Translations under genes and position numbers: made by a program
The notes under the pieces: model-generated
Seen by the model: only the letters and a program-made list of their open reading frames with translations
Told to the model about the DNA's origin: nothing
Databases searched by the model: none
In this document: positions 53,693-63,318 of the stretch, piece by piece
Numbering within the stretch: the first letter of the stretch is position 1
How the letters are laid out: every line of letters begins with the position of its first letter
Assembly: GCA_016935985.1 (NCBI GenBank)
Contig: JAFGPW010000002.1
Location: 65,991 to 129,990 of the forward strand
DNA from: Candidatus Woesearchaeota archaeon
Lineage (GTDB): Archaea > Nanobdellota > Nanobdellia > Woesearchaeales > JAFGPW01
Direction: 5' to 3'
DNA length: 64,000 bases

Positions 53693-54907
53693 TTATAAAT
53701 GGAGCTGCCGGACCTCCCGGTAGGCAGCACCTGCCTCAGGCGCATGCCTGATGATGCCGTCGAGCCGGTTCCTGGCGTGCTGGAGGACGAGGTCGTGCTT
53801 GTACCGCTTGAGCTCTTCGCGGGAGCCGTCCTTCGGCCGCTCGTAGAGGCGGCGCCGCACGATCGTCGCTCCCTCCTCAGTGGCGTCGAGGTAGCCGAGC
53901 TCAGCGGCCCTGCGGTAGAACCGCACGGTCCGGAGGAAGAGGCCGTCCCTGTTGACGGTCCCTTCATCAGGGCCGTAGAGCCGCGGGTCGACGGCGATTC
54001 CCGCCTTGCCGAGCGCATCGGCTGAATGCGATATCGCGTCGTACAGGTCGCCGAATCGGAAGCCCCTCTGTCCCTTCCCGGCGAGGTCGTAGAGGAATCG
54101 CGCCCCGAGCATGGAGGCGGTTATCGTCGAGAGGTCGAGGAAGCTGCCCTTGATCCGCTCCGCGAACGTCGCGATGTCGCGCCTCACCCACGCCTCGTCG
54201 GTATCGGCGGGGAGGCGTCGCACGGGCCGGTACGTGAACGGCTCGCCGAAGGCGAAGAAGACAAGGTTCCGATGCCGCTTCCCGAGCGGCGCGCCTGCCA
54301 TGAAGTCATAGGTCGTGCCGACCGGCACGACCCTGACCGACTCCACATGCCCCTCGTGCGGGATGTGCGAGATGTTGTACGCGCCGGCGTGGATCTTCGG
54401 GATGCGGCCGTCGGTCTTCGAGGTGCCTTCAGGGAGGATGCCTGCCGAGTATCCCGCGAGGTAAGAGTCCCTGATGCTCCCGAGCGTGGCCCGGTTCTTC
54501 GCCCGCAGCTCCTCCCTCCCGGAATCGGTGAGGCCCTCCTTCGCGCTCACGCGGCGGATCGGGAACGCGGCGAAGGAGAAAAGGGTCCAGATCGCCGCAT
54601 TGAGCGCCTGTGACGAGGTGAAATCCTTGATGCCGATCCGCACTGGCGGCTTTGCCGGCAGCTTCCGCCAGAGCGGCAGGCCGTTGAGAACGTCGTACCA
54701 CGATTCGTGCTTCATGATGTAGAGGTGGGGGCTGGGGAGCGGCGTGCCGTCCTCCCGGACCAGGTTCTCGAGGCCCCGGACATGCACCTCCTCGGTGAAG
54801 AGCGGCTGCGCCTTCTCGAGCATCCATGTCACTCCCCTCATCAGCCAGCGGCGTGACGCGGGAGGCTCGGCCTCGATGATCCGCACGTCGAGCTGCCTTG
54901 CGCCCAT
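53693..54907 (-). CDS. PlsC-like (LPLAT superfamily) acyltransferase
   Basis: HxxxxD motif IMKHESWYD and FPEGTR-like ILPEGTSKTDGRI. Confidence 0.65.
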   Translation of the reverse strand: MGARQLDVRIIEAEPPASRRWLMRGVTWMLEKAQPLFTEEVHVRGLENLVREDGTPLPSPHLYIMKHESWYDVLNGLPLWRKLPAKPPVRIGIKDFTSSQALNAAIWTLFSFAAFPIRRVSAKEGLTDSGREELRAKNRATLGSIRDSYLAGYSAGILPEGTSKTDGRIPKIHAGAYNISHIPHEGHVESVRVVPVGTTYDFMAGAPLGKRHRNLVFFAFGEPFTYRPVRRLPADTDEAWVRRDIATFAERIKGSFLDLSTITASMLGARFLYDLAGKGQRGFRFGDLYDAISHSADALGKAGIAVDPRLYGPDEGTVNRDGLFLRTVRFYRRAAELGYLDATEEGATIVRRRLYERPKDGSREELKRYKHDLVLQHARNRLDGIIRHAPEAGAAYREVRQLHL

Positions 54908-55019
54908 ACGAGGCAGGGAGAAGGTACATAATAATAAAAGTTTTCAAATAAAGAAAGGGGATTGGGGGAAAGGAATAAAAGAGGGAATAAAAGAGGGAAG
55001 AAAAGAAAAATAGGGGGGC

Positions 55020-55898
55020 CTAGCGCCGCTTCTTCCTAAAGACCCGCACCACGAGCCAGACGATCCCGATGCCGACCGCCCACGGCACCACCACGAACAG
55101 GAGCGTGAGCAGGCTGTTGAACGAGTCCACGAGGCTTCGCACGAGCTCGCTGATCTTCACGAGCGCGACGCTCACGTAGTCGCTCTGCTTCTCCTGGATC
55201 GAGAGGGATATCGTCGAGTAGTCGACCCGCTGGTCCATGTTCCCGATCCGGTCCTCGAGGTACTTCACGCGGCGCTCCTGGTCGAAGATCCGGTCGCTGA
55301 GCGTGATCTTGTCCTCGACCTTCACCGCGTCGTCGTACATCTCCTGGTAGCGCTCGAGCCGCGCCTTCTCGGCCTCGAGCTCGACCTGCGCGTCGGTGTA
55401 CCGGCCGGTGATGTCGTCCCTGCTCTCGGAGAAGGACTGCACCTCGCCGATCTGCTTCAGCTGCGCGACGACCGCCTCGTACTTCGGCGTCTCGACCTTG
55501 ATCTGGTAGTAGCCCTGCCAGGTCTGGTGGCCGGCGGGACCGTACTTGTTGACGTTCTCGTCGAGCAGGTAGCCGTCGGCAGCGGTGATGACCCCCTTCG
55601 CGAGCGCCGCGTTCTCGGCGAACGAGCCGCGCGGCACCTCGGTCGTGAGCGAGGCGCTCTTGGTGATCACCCGGTCGGTGACCTCGGGCGCGAAGCCCTC
55701 ATCGTAGTAGACGCCGCCGCCGCGGTACGCCGCAGATTCCTCCATGTCATACGCGGCCATCGGCGCCGCCATGCCGACGCTCTTGTAGGCGAGCTGCGAT
55801 AGCTCCCCGCCGCCGGAGAGCGCCACGACGAGCACGATGAGCACGATTGCGATAAGCCAATTGTCCTTGACCGTCCTATACTGTTCCTTGATTCCCAT
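55020..55898 (-). CDS. DUF4349-like membrane/secreted coiled-coil protein
   Basis: N-terminal TM, central coiled coil, C-terminal TM LLTLLFVVVPWAVGIGIVWLVV. Confidence 0.5.
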   Translation of the reverse strand: MGIKEQYRTVKDNWLIAIVLIVLVVALSGGGELSQLAYKSVGMAAPMAAYDMEESAAYRGGGVYYDEGFAPEVTDRVITKSASLTTEVPRGSFAENAALAKGVITAADGYLLDENVNKYGPAGHQTWQGYYQIKVETPKYEAVVAQLKQIGEVQSFSESRDDITGRYTDAQVELEAEKARLERYQEMYDDAVKVEDKITLSDRIFDQERRVKYLEDRIGNMDQRVDYSTISLSIQEKQSDYVSVALVKISELVRSLVDSFNSLLTLLFVVVPWAVGIGIVWLVVRVFRKKRR

Positions 55899-56044
55899 CC
55901 GGATCACCTCGAAAGTCCATGCTTGCTGATCGGTACTGGTGCTCGAAGATATACGCACCTTTTATAAATACTTTCTGAACGCTGCAACCGGAATCGAACA
56001 AATCCACAACAACCTTTTTAAACAGACGCGCATTTTCCGCGCCC

Positions 56045-58189
56045 ATGTGCGGCATCATCGGCTTCTTCAATAAGGACCATGCCTGGTCGCTCGCAAAAGA
56101 CGGGCTGCACATCATGCACGCGCGCGGCCGCGACGGGGCAGGTCTCGTCTCTCCGGACGCCTCGACCTATGAGCAGTCCCCGACCCAGCTCGAGATCGAG
56201 CGGGGGACCTGCGCGCTCGGCCATGTGCTGCACTCTATCGTAGGCTCGGTCTCCCAGCCCCTGAAAGGCGCGGGTCTCCTCTCGATCAACTGCGAGATCT
56301 ACAACTGGCAGCAGCTCGCCGAGAAGTACGGCATCGCCGCTCTGAACGACGCTGACCTGGTCCTCAAGCTCCTCGACCGGACCCCGATGGAGCCTGAGAG
56401 GATAACCGCGCTCCTCTCCGAACTCGACGGAGTTTTCGCCCTCGGCTACTGGCGGGGGAGGAATGTCCTCGTCGCGCGGGACATCATCGGCGTCAAGCCG
56501 GTCTGGTACATCCACGCCGATTTCTTCGCCTTCGCGTCCGAGAGGAAGGCGTTCGGCAAGCTCGTCGAGACGAACGCGGCGGTCGAGCTCGGTCCGCGCA
56601 AGGCGCTTGTCTACGACGTCACCGCGAACGCCCTCTCGTTCGTCACGCGCCCCTTCTTCCCGACGGCGCCGGAGCTTCCCGACGATGACGCGATGCGGAG
56701 GCGCCTCGGCGAGCTGATATCCGGAGCGGTGGCGAAGCGCACGACCGGCAGGAAGGTCGGCGTCCTGTTCTCCGGGGGGATCGACTCCACGCTCATCGCA
56801 TTCCTGCTCAAGAGGCTCGGCGCCGACCTCACCTGCTATGCGGTCGGCGTGCTGTCGGAGGGGGCGGACCTCCCGACCGACATCGTGGCGGCCCGCGCCG
56901 CAGCCCGGGAGCTCGGCCTTGACTACAAGGAGATCCTGCTCGGCCTGAAGGACGTCGAGAAGCTCATGCACATCACTATCCCGCTCATCGAGTCGACGAA
57001 CGTGACGAAGGTGGGGGTCGCGATCCCCTTCTACGCCGCGTGCAGGAAGGCGTTCGCCGACGGGCTCCGTGTCATGTTCTCAGGCCTCGGGTCAGAGGAG
57101 ATCTTCGCCGGCTACGAGCGGCACGGCCATGCGAAGGACATCAACCGCGAGTGCGCGCAGGGGCTGCTCCGGATGTATGAGCGCGACCTCTACCGCGACG
57201 ATACGGTCTCGATGAACAACACGATCGAGCTGCGCCTGCCCTTCCTCGACCACGCGCTCGTGGCCTTCGCGCTACGCATCCCGGGGAAGCTCAAGATCGT
57301 CGGGAACGAGAAGAAGGCGGTCCTTCGGGAGGCGGCGCGCGCGCTCGGGCTCCCGGCAGCGCTCACGCGGCGGCCCAAGAAGGCGGCGCAGTACGGTTCC
57401 AAGGTCGACTGGGCGATCGCGAAGATCGCCAAGGACCGGGGGCATCCCTCCAAGTCCTCGCTCCTCTCGCGCCATTACCCCCAGTTCGACGTCCCGCTCG
57501 GCGCGCTCGTCTCCGGCGGCAAGGACTCGCTCTACGCGATGCACATCATGGCGAAGATGAACTACCCCTTCAGATGCATGATCGCGATCCGCAGCGCGAA
57601 CCCGGACTCCTACATGTTCCACACCCCGGCGATCGACATGGTGCGGCTGCAGGCGGAGGCGGTGGGGCTGCCGCTCATCGAGCAGGAGACCTCGGGCGAG
57701 AAGGAGAAGGAGCTCCTCGACCTCGAGGAGGCTATCCGCCGGGCGAAGAGGGATCACGGCATCCACGGCATCGTCGTCGGCGCCCTCTTCTCCGACTACC
57801 AGCGCGACCGCGTCGAGGACATCTGCGAACGGCTCGGCATCAAGCTCTTCTCCCCGCTCTGGCACAAGAACCAGGAGTCCGAGATGAGGGAGATCCTCGA
57901 CGAGGGCTTCTCGGTGGTCATGACCCGCATCGCGGCAGAGGGGCTCTCGCCCGACTGGCTGGGCCGCGTCCTCAGAAGCGAGGATGTCGACCGGCTCGCG
58001 ACGCTCACGAGGAAGATGGGCTTCAACACCGCGGGCGAGGGGGGCGAGTTCGAGTCGCTCGTCCTCGACTGCCCGCTCTTCGAGAGGCGCATCGAGATCG
58101 TGCGCTCCTCTGTCCAGAAGGAGAGCGCCGACCGGGCGGACCTCATCATCAGGAAGGCTCGGCTCGTCCCGAAGCCGGCGCATCCATAG
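56045..58189 (+). CDS. asparagine synthase (glutamine-hydrolysing)-like protein fused to a C-terminal Dph6/MJ0570-like PP-loop ATPase domain
   Basis: MCGIIGF Ntn-GATase start, AsnB PP-loop VLFSGGIDSTL, second PP-loop LVSGGKDSLYAMHIMA ... SYMFHTPAIDMVRLQAEAVGLPLIEQETSGEKE (diphthine-ammonia ligase family pattern). Confidence 0.75.
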   Translation: MCGIIGFFNKDHAWSLAKDGLHIMHARGRDGAGLVSPDASTYEQSPTQLEIERGTCALGHVLHSIVGSVSQPLKGAGLLSINCEIYNWQQLAEKYGIAALNDADLVLKLLDRTPMEPERITALLSELDGVFALGYWRGRNVLVARDIIGVKPVWYIHADFFAFASERKAFGKLVETNAAVELGPRKALVYDVTANALSFVTRPFFPTAPELPDDDAMRRRLGELISGAVAKRTTGRKVGVLFSGGIDSTLIAFLLKRLGADLTCYAVGVLSEGADLPTDIVAARAAARELGLDYKEILLGLKDVEKLMHITIPLIESTNVTKVGVAIPFYAACRKAFADGLRVMFSGLGSEEIFAGYERHGHAKDINRECAQGLLRMYERDLYRDDTVSMNNTIELRLPFLDHALVAFALRIPGKLKIVGNEKKAVLREAARALGLPAALTRRPKKAAQYGSKVDWAIAKIAKDRGHPSKSSLLSRHYPQFDVPLGALVSGGKDSLYAMHIMAKMNYPFRCMIAIRSANPDSYMFHTPAIDMVRLQAEAVGLPLIEQETSGEKEKELLDLEEAIRRAKRDHGIHGIVVGALFSDYQRDRVEDICERLGIKLFSPLWHKNQESEMREILDEGFSVVMTRIAAEGLSPDWLGRVLRSEDVDRLATLTRKMGFNTAGEGGEFESLVLDCPLFERRIEIVRSSVQKESADRADLIIRKARLVPKPAHP

Positions 58190-58220
58190 GATTTCGTAAG
58201 ATTTAATAATCCCACGTCCG

Positions 58221-59432
58221 ATGATGGTCCCCATGGAGACCGGTCAGGAGGTATCGCTCCTCATCCTCGTCCTTCTCGTGCTCGTCTGCGGGGCGCTCGG
58301 CTACTACACATTCTCGCTCAGCCAGGAGCTCTCGTTCAAGGACATCCGGCTCGAGAACAAGAACGCTGAGATAGCGCAGCTGAAGACAGACATCGCCGGC
58401 CGCGACTCCCAGATCGCCGCGCTGAAGGCGTCGGCCGTCTCGCTCTCTACGGAGCTCGACACGCTCCAGGGCCAGGTCGCGACCCTCGCCGCGGATAACC
58501 AGGCGGTCCTCGACGAGAACCAGGCGCTCGACGCACGGATGCTCGACCTGAACGAGCAGATCGACGCGACGATAGAGGACCTGCAGGGCTACGAGGCCTC
58601 GATAGCGGAATCGATGCAGTGGTTCCAGGAGAACAGCGACCTCGCCGGAGCCCCCGACTACGCCAAGTTCCGCGTCGGCATCAGGAGCTCGTGCATCGAG
58701 AAGGATGAGGTCTCCTGCCGGATCAAGCTCGCCTGCATCAACCTCGTCAACCAATACCTCGAGGAGTTCTCCTACAAGCCGGATGCGGTGTCCACCGATA
58801 AGGACGACTACCTGCTCGACCTCGCGGCGATCCACGACAACCAGGGCGGCGACTGCGAGGACTTCTCGCTCCTCTTCTCCGCCGAGCTCGCGTACGCGGA
58901 AGGGTACTGCGCCGCCGACGGGCTGCCGGTGCGCTACCAGGCCTACGTCTCGGGCACGCAGCGCTACTACGTCGACTGGACGGAGAAGTGGTATATGGAA
59001 GGGGCCGCCCCCTACTGGATCCCAGAGGACCACGGCGAGCACGCGATCGTCTGCGGCACCTTCCCCGGCTCCTTCGACCCGAACAACGAGGGGAGCGCGG
59101 TCGGGCACTGCCTCATCGGCTTCTCGTCGGAGGAGCTGCGGTCGAGCGATGACGTCTACCCCTTCCTCCAGGAGGCCTATCTCGTCGAGCCCCAGCTCGG
59201 CGCGCTCGTGGCCGAGCTCGCGACCGAGCCGGCGATCAGGTTCCACCGCGGCACCGAGGTGCCGAAGGGCTACCTGATCTACATGGTGATAACCGGCAAA
59301 GACCTCTATGTCTACGACGAGCTCGACGGCAGGTACCAATGGTTCGGCTACGAGGACTATCGGGAGAGGATCGCGGGCCTGCGTGCGGAGATGGAGTCGA
59401 TCGCCGGCCAGGTGTACGTGCGGACGATATAG
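58221..59432 (+). CDS. membrane-anchored coiled-coil protein with transglutaminase-like cysteine-protease domain
   Basis: N-terminal TM, long coiled coil, GGDCEDFSLLFSAELAYAEGY ... HAIVCG Cys/His core. Confidence 0.6.
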   Translation: MMVPMETGQEVSLLILVLLVLVCGALGYYTFSLSQELSFKDIRLENKNAEIAQLKTDIAGRDSQIAALKASAVSLSTELDTLQGQVATLAADNQAVLDENQALDARMLDLNEQIDATIEDLQGYEASIAESMQWFQENSDLAGAPDYAKFRVGIRSSCIEKDEVSCRIKLACINLVNQYLEEFSYKPDAVSTDKDDYLLDLAAIHDNQGGDCEDFSLLFSAELAYAEGYCAADGLPVRYQAYVSGTQRYYVDWTEKWYMEGAAPYWIPEDHGEHAIVCGTFPGSFDPNNEGSAVGHCLIGFSSEELRSSDDVYPFLQEAYLVEPQLGALVAELATEPAIRFHRGTEVPKGYLIYMVITGKDLYVYDELDGRYQWFGYEDYRERIAGLRAEMESIAGQVYVRTI

Positions 59433-59437
59433 GAAGC

Positions 59438-60622
59438 TCAGTAGCTGTTGATATAAATCCTCGTCGTGGTCCCCTTCTCGATGAACGGTTCGAGCAGCCT
59501 CTTCACGTCGTCGTGGACCTGCCCCTCGTTGAGCATCTTCGCGAGCTCGTAGACGTCGGGGACCGCGAGCTGGTCCCAGAGCCCCACCACCTTCATGGTC
59601 CTGAAGAACTCGGCGCGCCGCGGATCCTCCTTCTTCGGGAACGAGAGCTTGGGGTATGTGCGGATGGCGGCGCGCCTGCCTGAGCCGAAGACGTTCTGGA
59701 TGCCCTGCTGCTTCGCGAAAGCGACGAGCCGCTGGGTCGCCTCCTCGATCTTTATCGCCACGTCCCTCTCCTGCTCCTTCAGCCGCGCGAACTCGTTGAC
59801 GAGCTTCACGCCATCCTCCTTCCTGAACTCCTCGGGCGGCAGCGCGTCGGTCGCGAACTTGTGCTTCCAGAGCGGGCAGAGGCGCTGGAACTCGCACCAG
59901 TTGCAGAGCGGCGACTGGCGCGGCTCGAATTCGGTCGTCGACTCGACCTGCCTGATGACCCGCATGATCTCGGCCTTCAGCAGCTCGAGCTGCTCGTCGC
60001 TGCGCTCTGACTCGATGTCCTTGTCGAAGGCGAGGTAGTGCCAGATGAGCCTGATGCGTTTGGCCCAAGGGAACTTCCTCTTGAGCCCGTAGGCGTAGAG
60101 CGCGAGCTGGCGGTCGGTGTCCGCCTTGTCCTGGGTGGGGAGCGTGTTCGAGGTCTTGTAGTCGTGGATCTCGAAGGTCTCGCCGTCGAGCGCCAGCCGG
60201 TCGATCCTGATGTGCATCTGGTACTCGCCCGCGTCGTCGATCGGCGCCATCCACTGGGTCTCGAGGCCGATCGTCTTCGCCTGGGTGAAGGGCTGGTGGC
60301 GCGCGTAGTAGTCGCGGATGAACCTCTCGCCCATCCTCCGGTAGTTCTCCTCCTTGTACTCGGTCCGCACGATGTAGACCGCGTCAGGGTCGTATTCCTT
60401 TTCCCAGCGCCCGTTGTAGAAATCCACGATCTCCTGGACCGTGCAGCTTTTCAGGAACTGCAGGTCCTTGTAGAGCTTCTCGAGGGCCTCGTGGACCAGG
60501 GAGCCCATGAAGGCCTCGATCGATGTGCCCTGCTCCACCTCCACCTTCTCGATGTAGCCGAACCAGTACTTCTTCGGGCACTGCTCGAAGGTGGAGAGCC
60601 GGGAGTGGGAATAGGTGGGCAT
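59438..60622 (-). CDS. PD-(D/E)xK nuclease superfamily protein (Cas4/RecB-like, C-terminal Cys cluster)
   Basis: YSHSRLSTFEQCPKKYWF, IRIDRLALDGETFEIHDYKTS, CNWCEFQRLC. Confidence 0.7.
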   Translation of the reverse strand: MPTYSHSRLSTFEQCPKKYWFGYIEKVEVEQGTSIEAFMGSLVHEALEKLYKDLQFLKSCTVQEIVDFYNGRWEKEYDPDAVYIVRTEYKEENYRRMGERFIRDYYARHQPFTQAKTIGLETQWMAPIDDAGEYQMHIRIDRLALDGETFEIHDYKTSNTLPTQDKADTDRQLALYAYGLKRKFPWAKRIRLIWHYLAFDKDIESERSDEQLELLKAEIMRVIRQVESTTEFEPRQSPLCNWCEFQRLCPLWKHKFATDALPPEEFRKEDGVKLVNEFARLKEQERDVAIKIEEATQRLVAFAKQQGIQNVFGSGRRAAIRTYPKLSFPKKEDPRRAEFFRTMKVVGLWDQLAVPDVYELAKMLNEGQVHDDVKRLLEPFIEKGTTTRIYINSY

Positions 60623-60723
60623 GCTTCCCCCTGTTCTCTGCCTGGTATTTAAATGTTTGTCGCAGGCCTGTCCGGTGGGGTTTTCCGGTAACATTTATAA
60701 ATGGGGCCGGCTTCCAGGACGGC

Positions 60724-62076
60724 ATGGTGCTCGAGAAGCTCGGCCAGTCGCTCAAGGACACGCTCGCCAAGGTAGCGAAAGCGGTGTTCGTCGATGAGAA
60801 GCTCATCAATGAGCTGATCAAGGACATCCAGCGCGCCCTCCTGCAGTCCGACGTGAACGTCAGGCTCGTCTTCGAGCTCACGTCGCGCATCAAGGAGAAG
60901 GTGCAGAAAGCGGATCTCCCGCCCGGGCTCTCGAAGAAGGAGTTCCTGATAAAGACCATCTACGACGAGCTGGTGCAGTTCCTTGGCGGCGAGGGGCACA
61001 AGATCGAGGTCGGGAAGAGGAGGCCGTATGTCATCATGTTCGTCGGCCTCTTCGGCAACGGCAAGACGACGCACGCGGGAAAGCTCGCCAAGTTCTTCAG
61101 CAAGCGCGGCTCCAAGGTCGCGATCCTCGGCCTCGACATCCACCGGCCGGCGGCCATGGACCAGCTGGAGCAGATAGCAGGGCAGGTCAAGGTGCCGGTC
61201 TTCATCGACCGGAAGGAGAAGGACCCTCTCAGGATATACGCGAAATACCGGGACCAGCTGAACAAGTTCGACATCGTGCTCGTCGACACGGCAGGCAGGG
61301 ACGCGCTCTCCGATGACCTCATCACGGAGATCAACGCCATCAACACGGCGCTGCGGCCTGACGAGAACCTGCTTGTCATAGGCGCCGACGTCGGCCAGGC
61401 GGCGGAGAGGCAGGCGCGCGCGTTCCACGAGTCATGCGGCGTCTCGGGAGTCATCATCTCCAAGATGGACGGCACCGCGAAGGGAGGGGGAGCGCTCATC
61501 GCGTGCTCGGTCACCGGCGCGCCGGTGAAGTTCATCGGCGTCGGCGAGAAGCCCGATGACCTCGAGGAGTTCAGGCCCAAGAGCTTTGTCTCGCGCCTGC
61601 TCGGCATGGGCGACATCGAACTGCTCCTCGAGAAGGCGAAGGGCGCGATATCCGAGGCTGACGCCGAGGACCTGGGCAAGCGCGTGCTGAAAGGAGAGTT
61701 CAACCTGATCGACCTCTTCGAGCAGATGCAGGCGATGAAGAAGATGGGCTCGCTCCAGAAGATCATGGAGCTCATCCCCGGCATGGGCCAGCTCAAGCTC
61801 CCGAAGGAGGCGCTCGACGTGCAGGAGGGGAAGCTCGAGAAGTGGAAGCACATCATGAACTCCTGCACCCGGGCCGAGCTCGAGGACCCGGAGACGATCG
61901 ACGGGCCGCGCGCCGCGCGGATCGCGAAGGGCGCCGGCGTCACGGCGCACGACGTGCGCGAGCTCGTCAAGCAGTACCGGCAGACGAAGAGGCTGATGAA
62001 GACCCTCGGCGGCAGCCAGAAGGGCATGGAGAAGATGATGAAGCGCATGGGCGGCCTCGGCCGCATGATGCGCTGA
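60724..62076 (+). CDS. srp54: signal recognition particle protein SRP54 (archaeal type)
   Basis: MVLEKLGQSLKDTL N-domain, GLFGNGKTT, DTAGR, Met-rich M domain. Confidence 0.9.
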   Translation: MVLEKLGQSLKDTLAKVAKAVFVDEKLINELIKDIQRALLQSDVNVRLVFELTSRIKEKVQKADLPPGLSKKEFLIKTIYDELVQFLGGEGHKIEVGKRRPYVIMFVGLFGNGKTTHAGKLAKFFSKRGSKVAILGLDIHRPAAMDQLEQIAGQVKVPVFIDRKEKDPLRIYAKYRDQLNKFDIVLVDTAGRDALSDDLITEINAINTALRPDENLLVIGADVGQAAERQARAFHESCGVSGVIISKMDGTAKGGGALIACSVTGAPVKFIGVGEKPDDLEEFRPKSFVSRLLGMGDIELLLEKAKGAISEADAEDLGKRVLKGEFNLIDLFEQMQAMKKMGSLQKIMELIPGMGQLKLPKEALDVQEGKLEKWKHIMNSCTRAELEDPETIDGPRAARIAKGAGVTAHDVRELVKQYRQTKRLMKTLGGSQKGMEKMMKRMGGLGRMMR

Positions 62077-62093
62077 TCCCTGCTTTCGTTCTC

Positions 62094-62735
62094 ATGCGTC
62101 TCGCGCAGAAGCGCGCGCTCGTCGCGCGCTGGAGAGAGGAATACGGTTTCCCGGAGCGGCTGCTCGCCGCGTTCATGGCGGTGCCGCGCGAGCGCTTCAT
62201 CGACGCCTCGCTCAGCGACGAGGCATACGGCGACTACCCGCTGCCGATCGGGGGCGGTCAGACGATCTCGCAGCCGACGACGGTCATGCTGATGACCCAT
62301 TTCCTCGCGCCTGAGCCGGATTCGCGCGTGCTCGAGGTGGGGGCGGGCAGCGGCTACCAGGCGGCGGTCCTCAGCCGGCTGGTCCCCGAGGGGAAGGTGA
62401 TCAGCGTCGAGTACGATGCCGGGCTCGCCGAGACGGCGCGAAGGAATCTCAGGGCCGCTGATGCGGAGAACGTCGAGGTGGTCGTCGGCGACGGCGGCGA
62501 CGGCCTCCCTGACCGCGCGCCGTTCGACCGGATCATCGTCACCTGCGCCTGTCCGAAGGTGCCGGGGCCGCTCGTCGCGCAACTCGCCGAAGGAGGGGCG
62601 CTCGTCGCGCCGGTGTCGGGCCTGCTCGGCGAGACGATGGTGCGGCTGACGAAGGAGGGCGGGAAGGTGAAGAAGGAGCGGCTGGGGCTCTTCTCGTTCG
62701 TGCCGCTGAGGGGGAGGCACGGGTCTGATGGATGA
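62094..62735 (+). CDS. pcm: protein-L-isoaspartate O-methyltransferase
   Basis: GGGQTISQPTTVMLMT, LEVGAGSGYQAAVLS. Confidence 0.85.
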   Translation: MRLAQKRALVARWREEYGFPERLLAAFMAVPRERFIDASLSDEAYGDYPLPIGGGQTISQPTTVMLMTHFLAPEPDSRVLEVGAGSGYQAAVLSRLVPEGKVISVEYDAGLAETARRNLRAADAENVEVVVGDGGDGLPDRAPFDRIIVTCACPKVPGPLVAQLAEGGALVAPVSGLLGETMVRLTKEGGKVKKERLGLFSFVPLRGRHGSDG

Positions 62736-62772
62736 TGCTCCCTTGCACTCCCGCCACTCTCATCGCACCACC

Positions 62773-62778
62773 TTTTTT
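62773..62778 (+). terminator. oligo-T terminator after pcm
   Basis: TTTTTT run 38 nt after the stop. Confidence 0.3.
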
Positions 62779-62826
62779 ATTCTATGGGAGTAACAATTAA
62801 ATAGTTGGGGGTCTGCTCCCTTTCTG

Positions 62827-63312
62827 ATGGTCAAGCGGATCGTGCGGTACGGCTGCGAATGGCCAGGGTGCGGGAAGGAATACGACGACCATGCTTCGGC
62901 AGAGCGGTGCCAGCGGCAGGGGCTGCTCGGGCCCGAGATCGCGCCCGGCCTGGTGCTCGACTTCAACGGCAGGGGCTTCTACATCTTCACCGCAGCGGGC
63001 TCGGAGGGGCATCAGCGCGTCTACTCCTACCTCGACCTGCAGAGCGGATTCTCCGACCTCGAAGAGCTCGCCGCGTCATGCGAAGGCAAGAACCCTGAGC
63101 AGGCCTACTTCCAGTTCAGCCAGATGTACACCCGCCAGCTCTACTCGCTCAAGGACAGCGGCCTCCTGCATACGCTCGCCGAAGAGCTGTTCCTCAACCT
63201 CAGCAGGCTGATCGAAAGATGCCCCTCGCTCGCAGGGATCAATGCCTGCGTTTCGCGGTCGGCGCCTGATGGGCTCTACCGCACGCACCCCTTCTTCACC
63301 GAGGAGAACTAG
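62827..63312 (+). CDS. hypothetical protein with N-terminal C2HC zinc-finger-like motif
   Basis: YGCEWPGCGKEYDDHASAERC. Confidence 0.45.
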   Translation: MVKRIVRYGCEWPGCGKEYDDHASAERCQRQGLLGPEIAPGLVLDFNGRGFYIFTAAGSEGHQRVYSYLDLQSGFSDLEELAASCEGKNPEQAYFQFSQMYTRQLYSLKDSGLLHTLAEELFLNLSRLIERCPSLAGINACVSRSAPDGLYRTHPFFTEEN

Positions 63313-63318
63313 CCCCTC

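Noticed and set aside
58203-60254. 683-aa minus-strand ORF
   Set aside because: Arg-rich shadow frame across the transglutaminase-like and nuclease genes.
60960-62720. 586-aa minus-strand ORF
   Set aside because: Antisense to srp54 and pcm.
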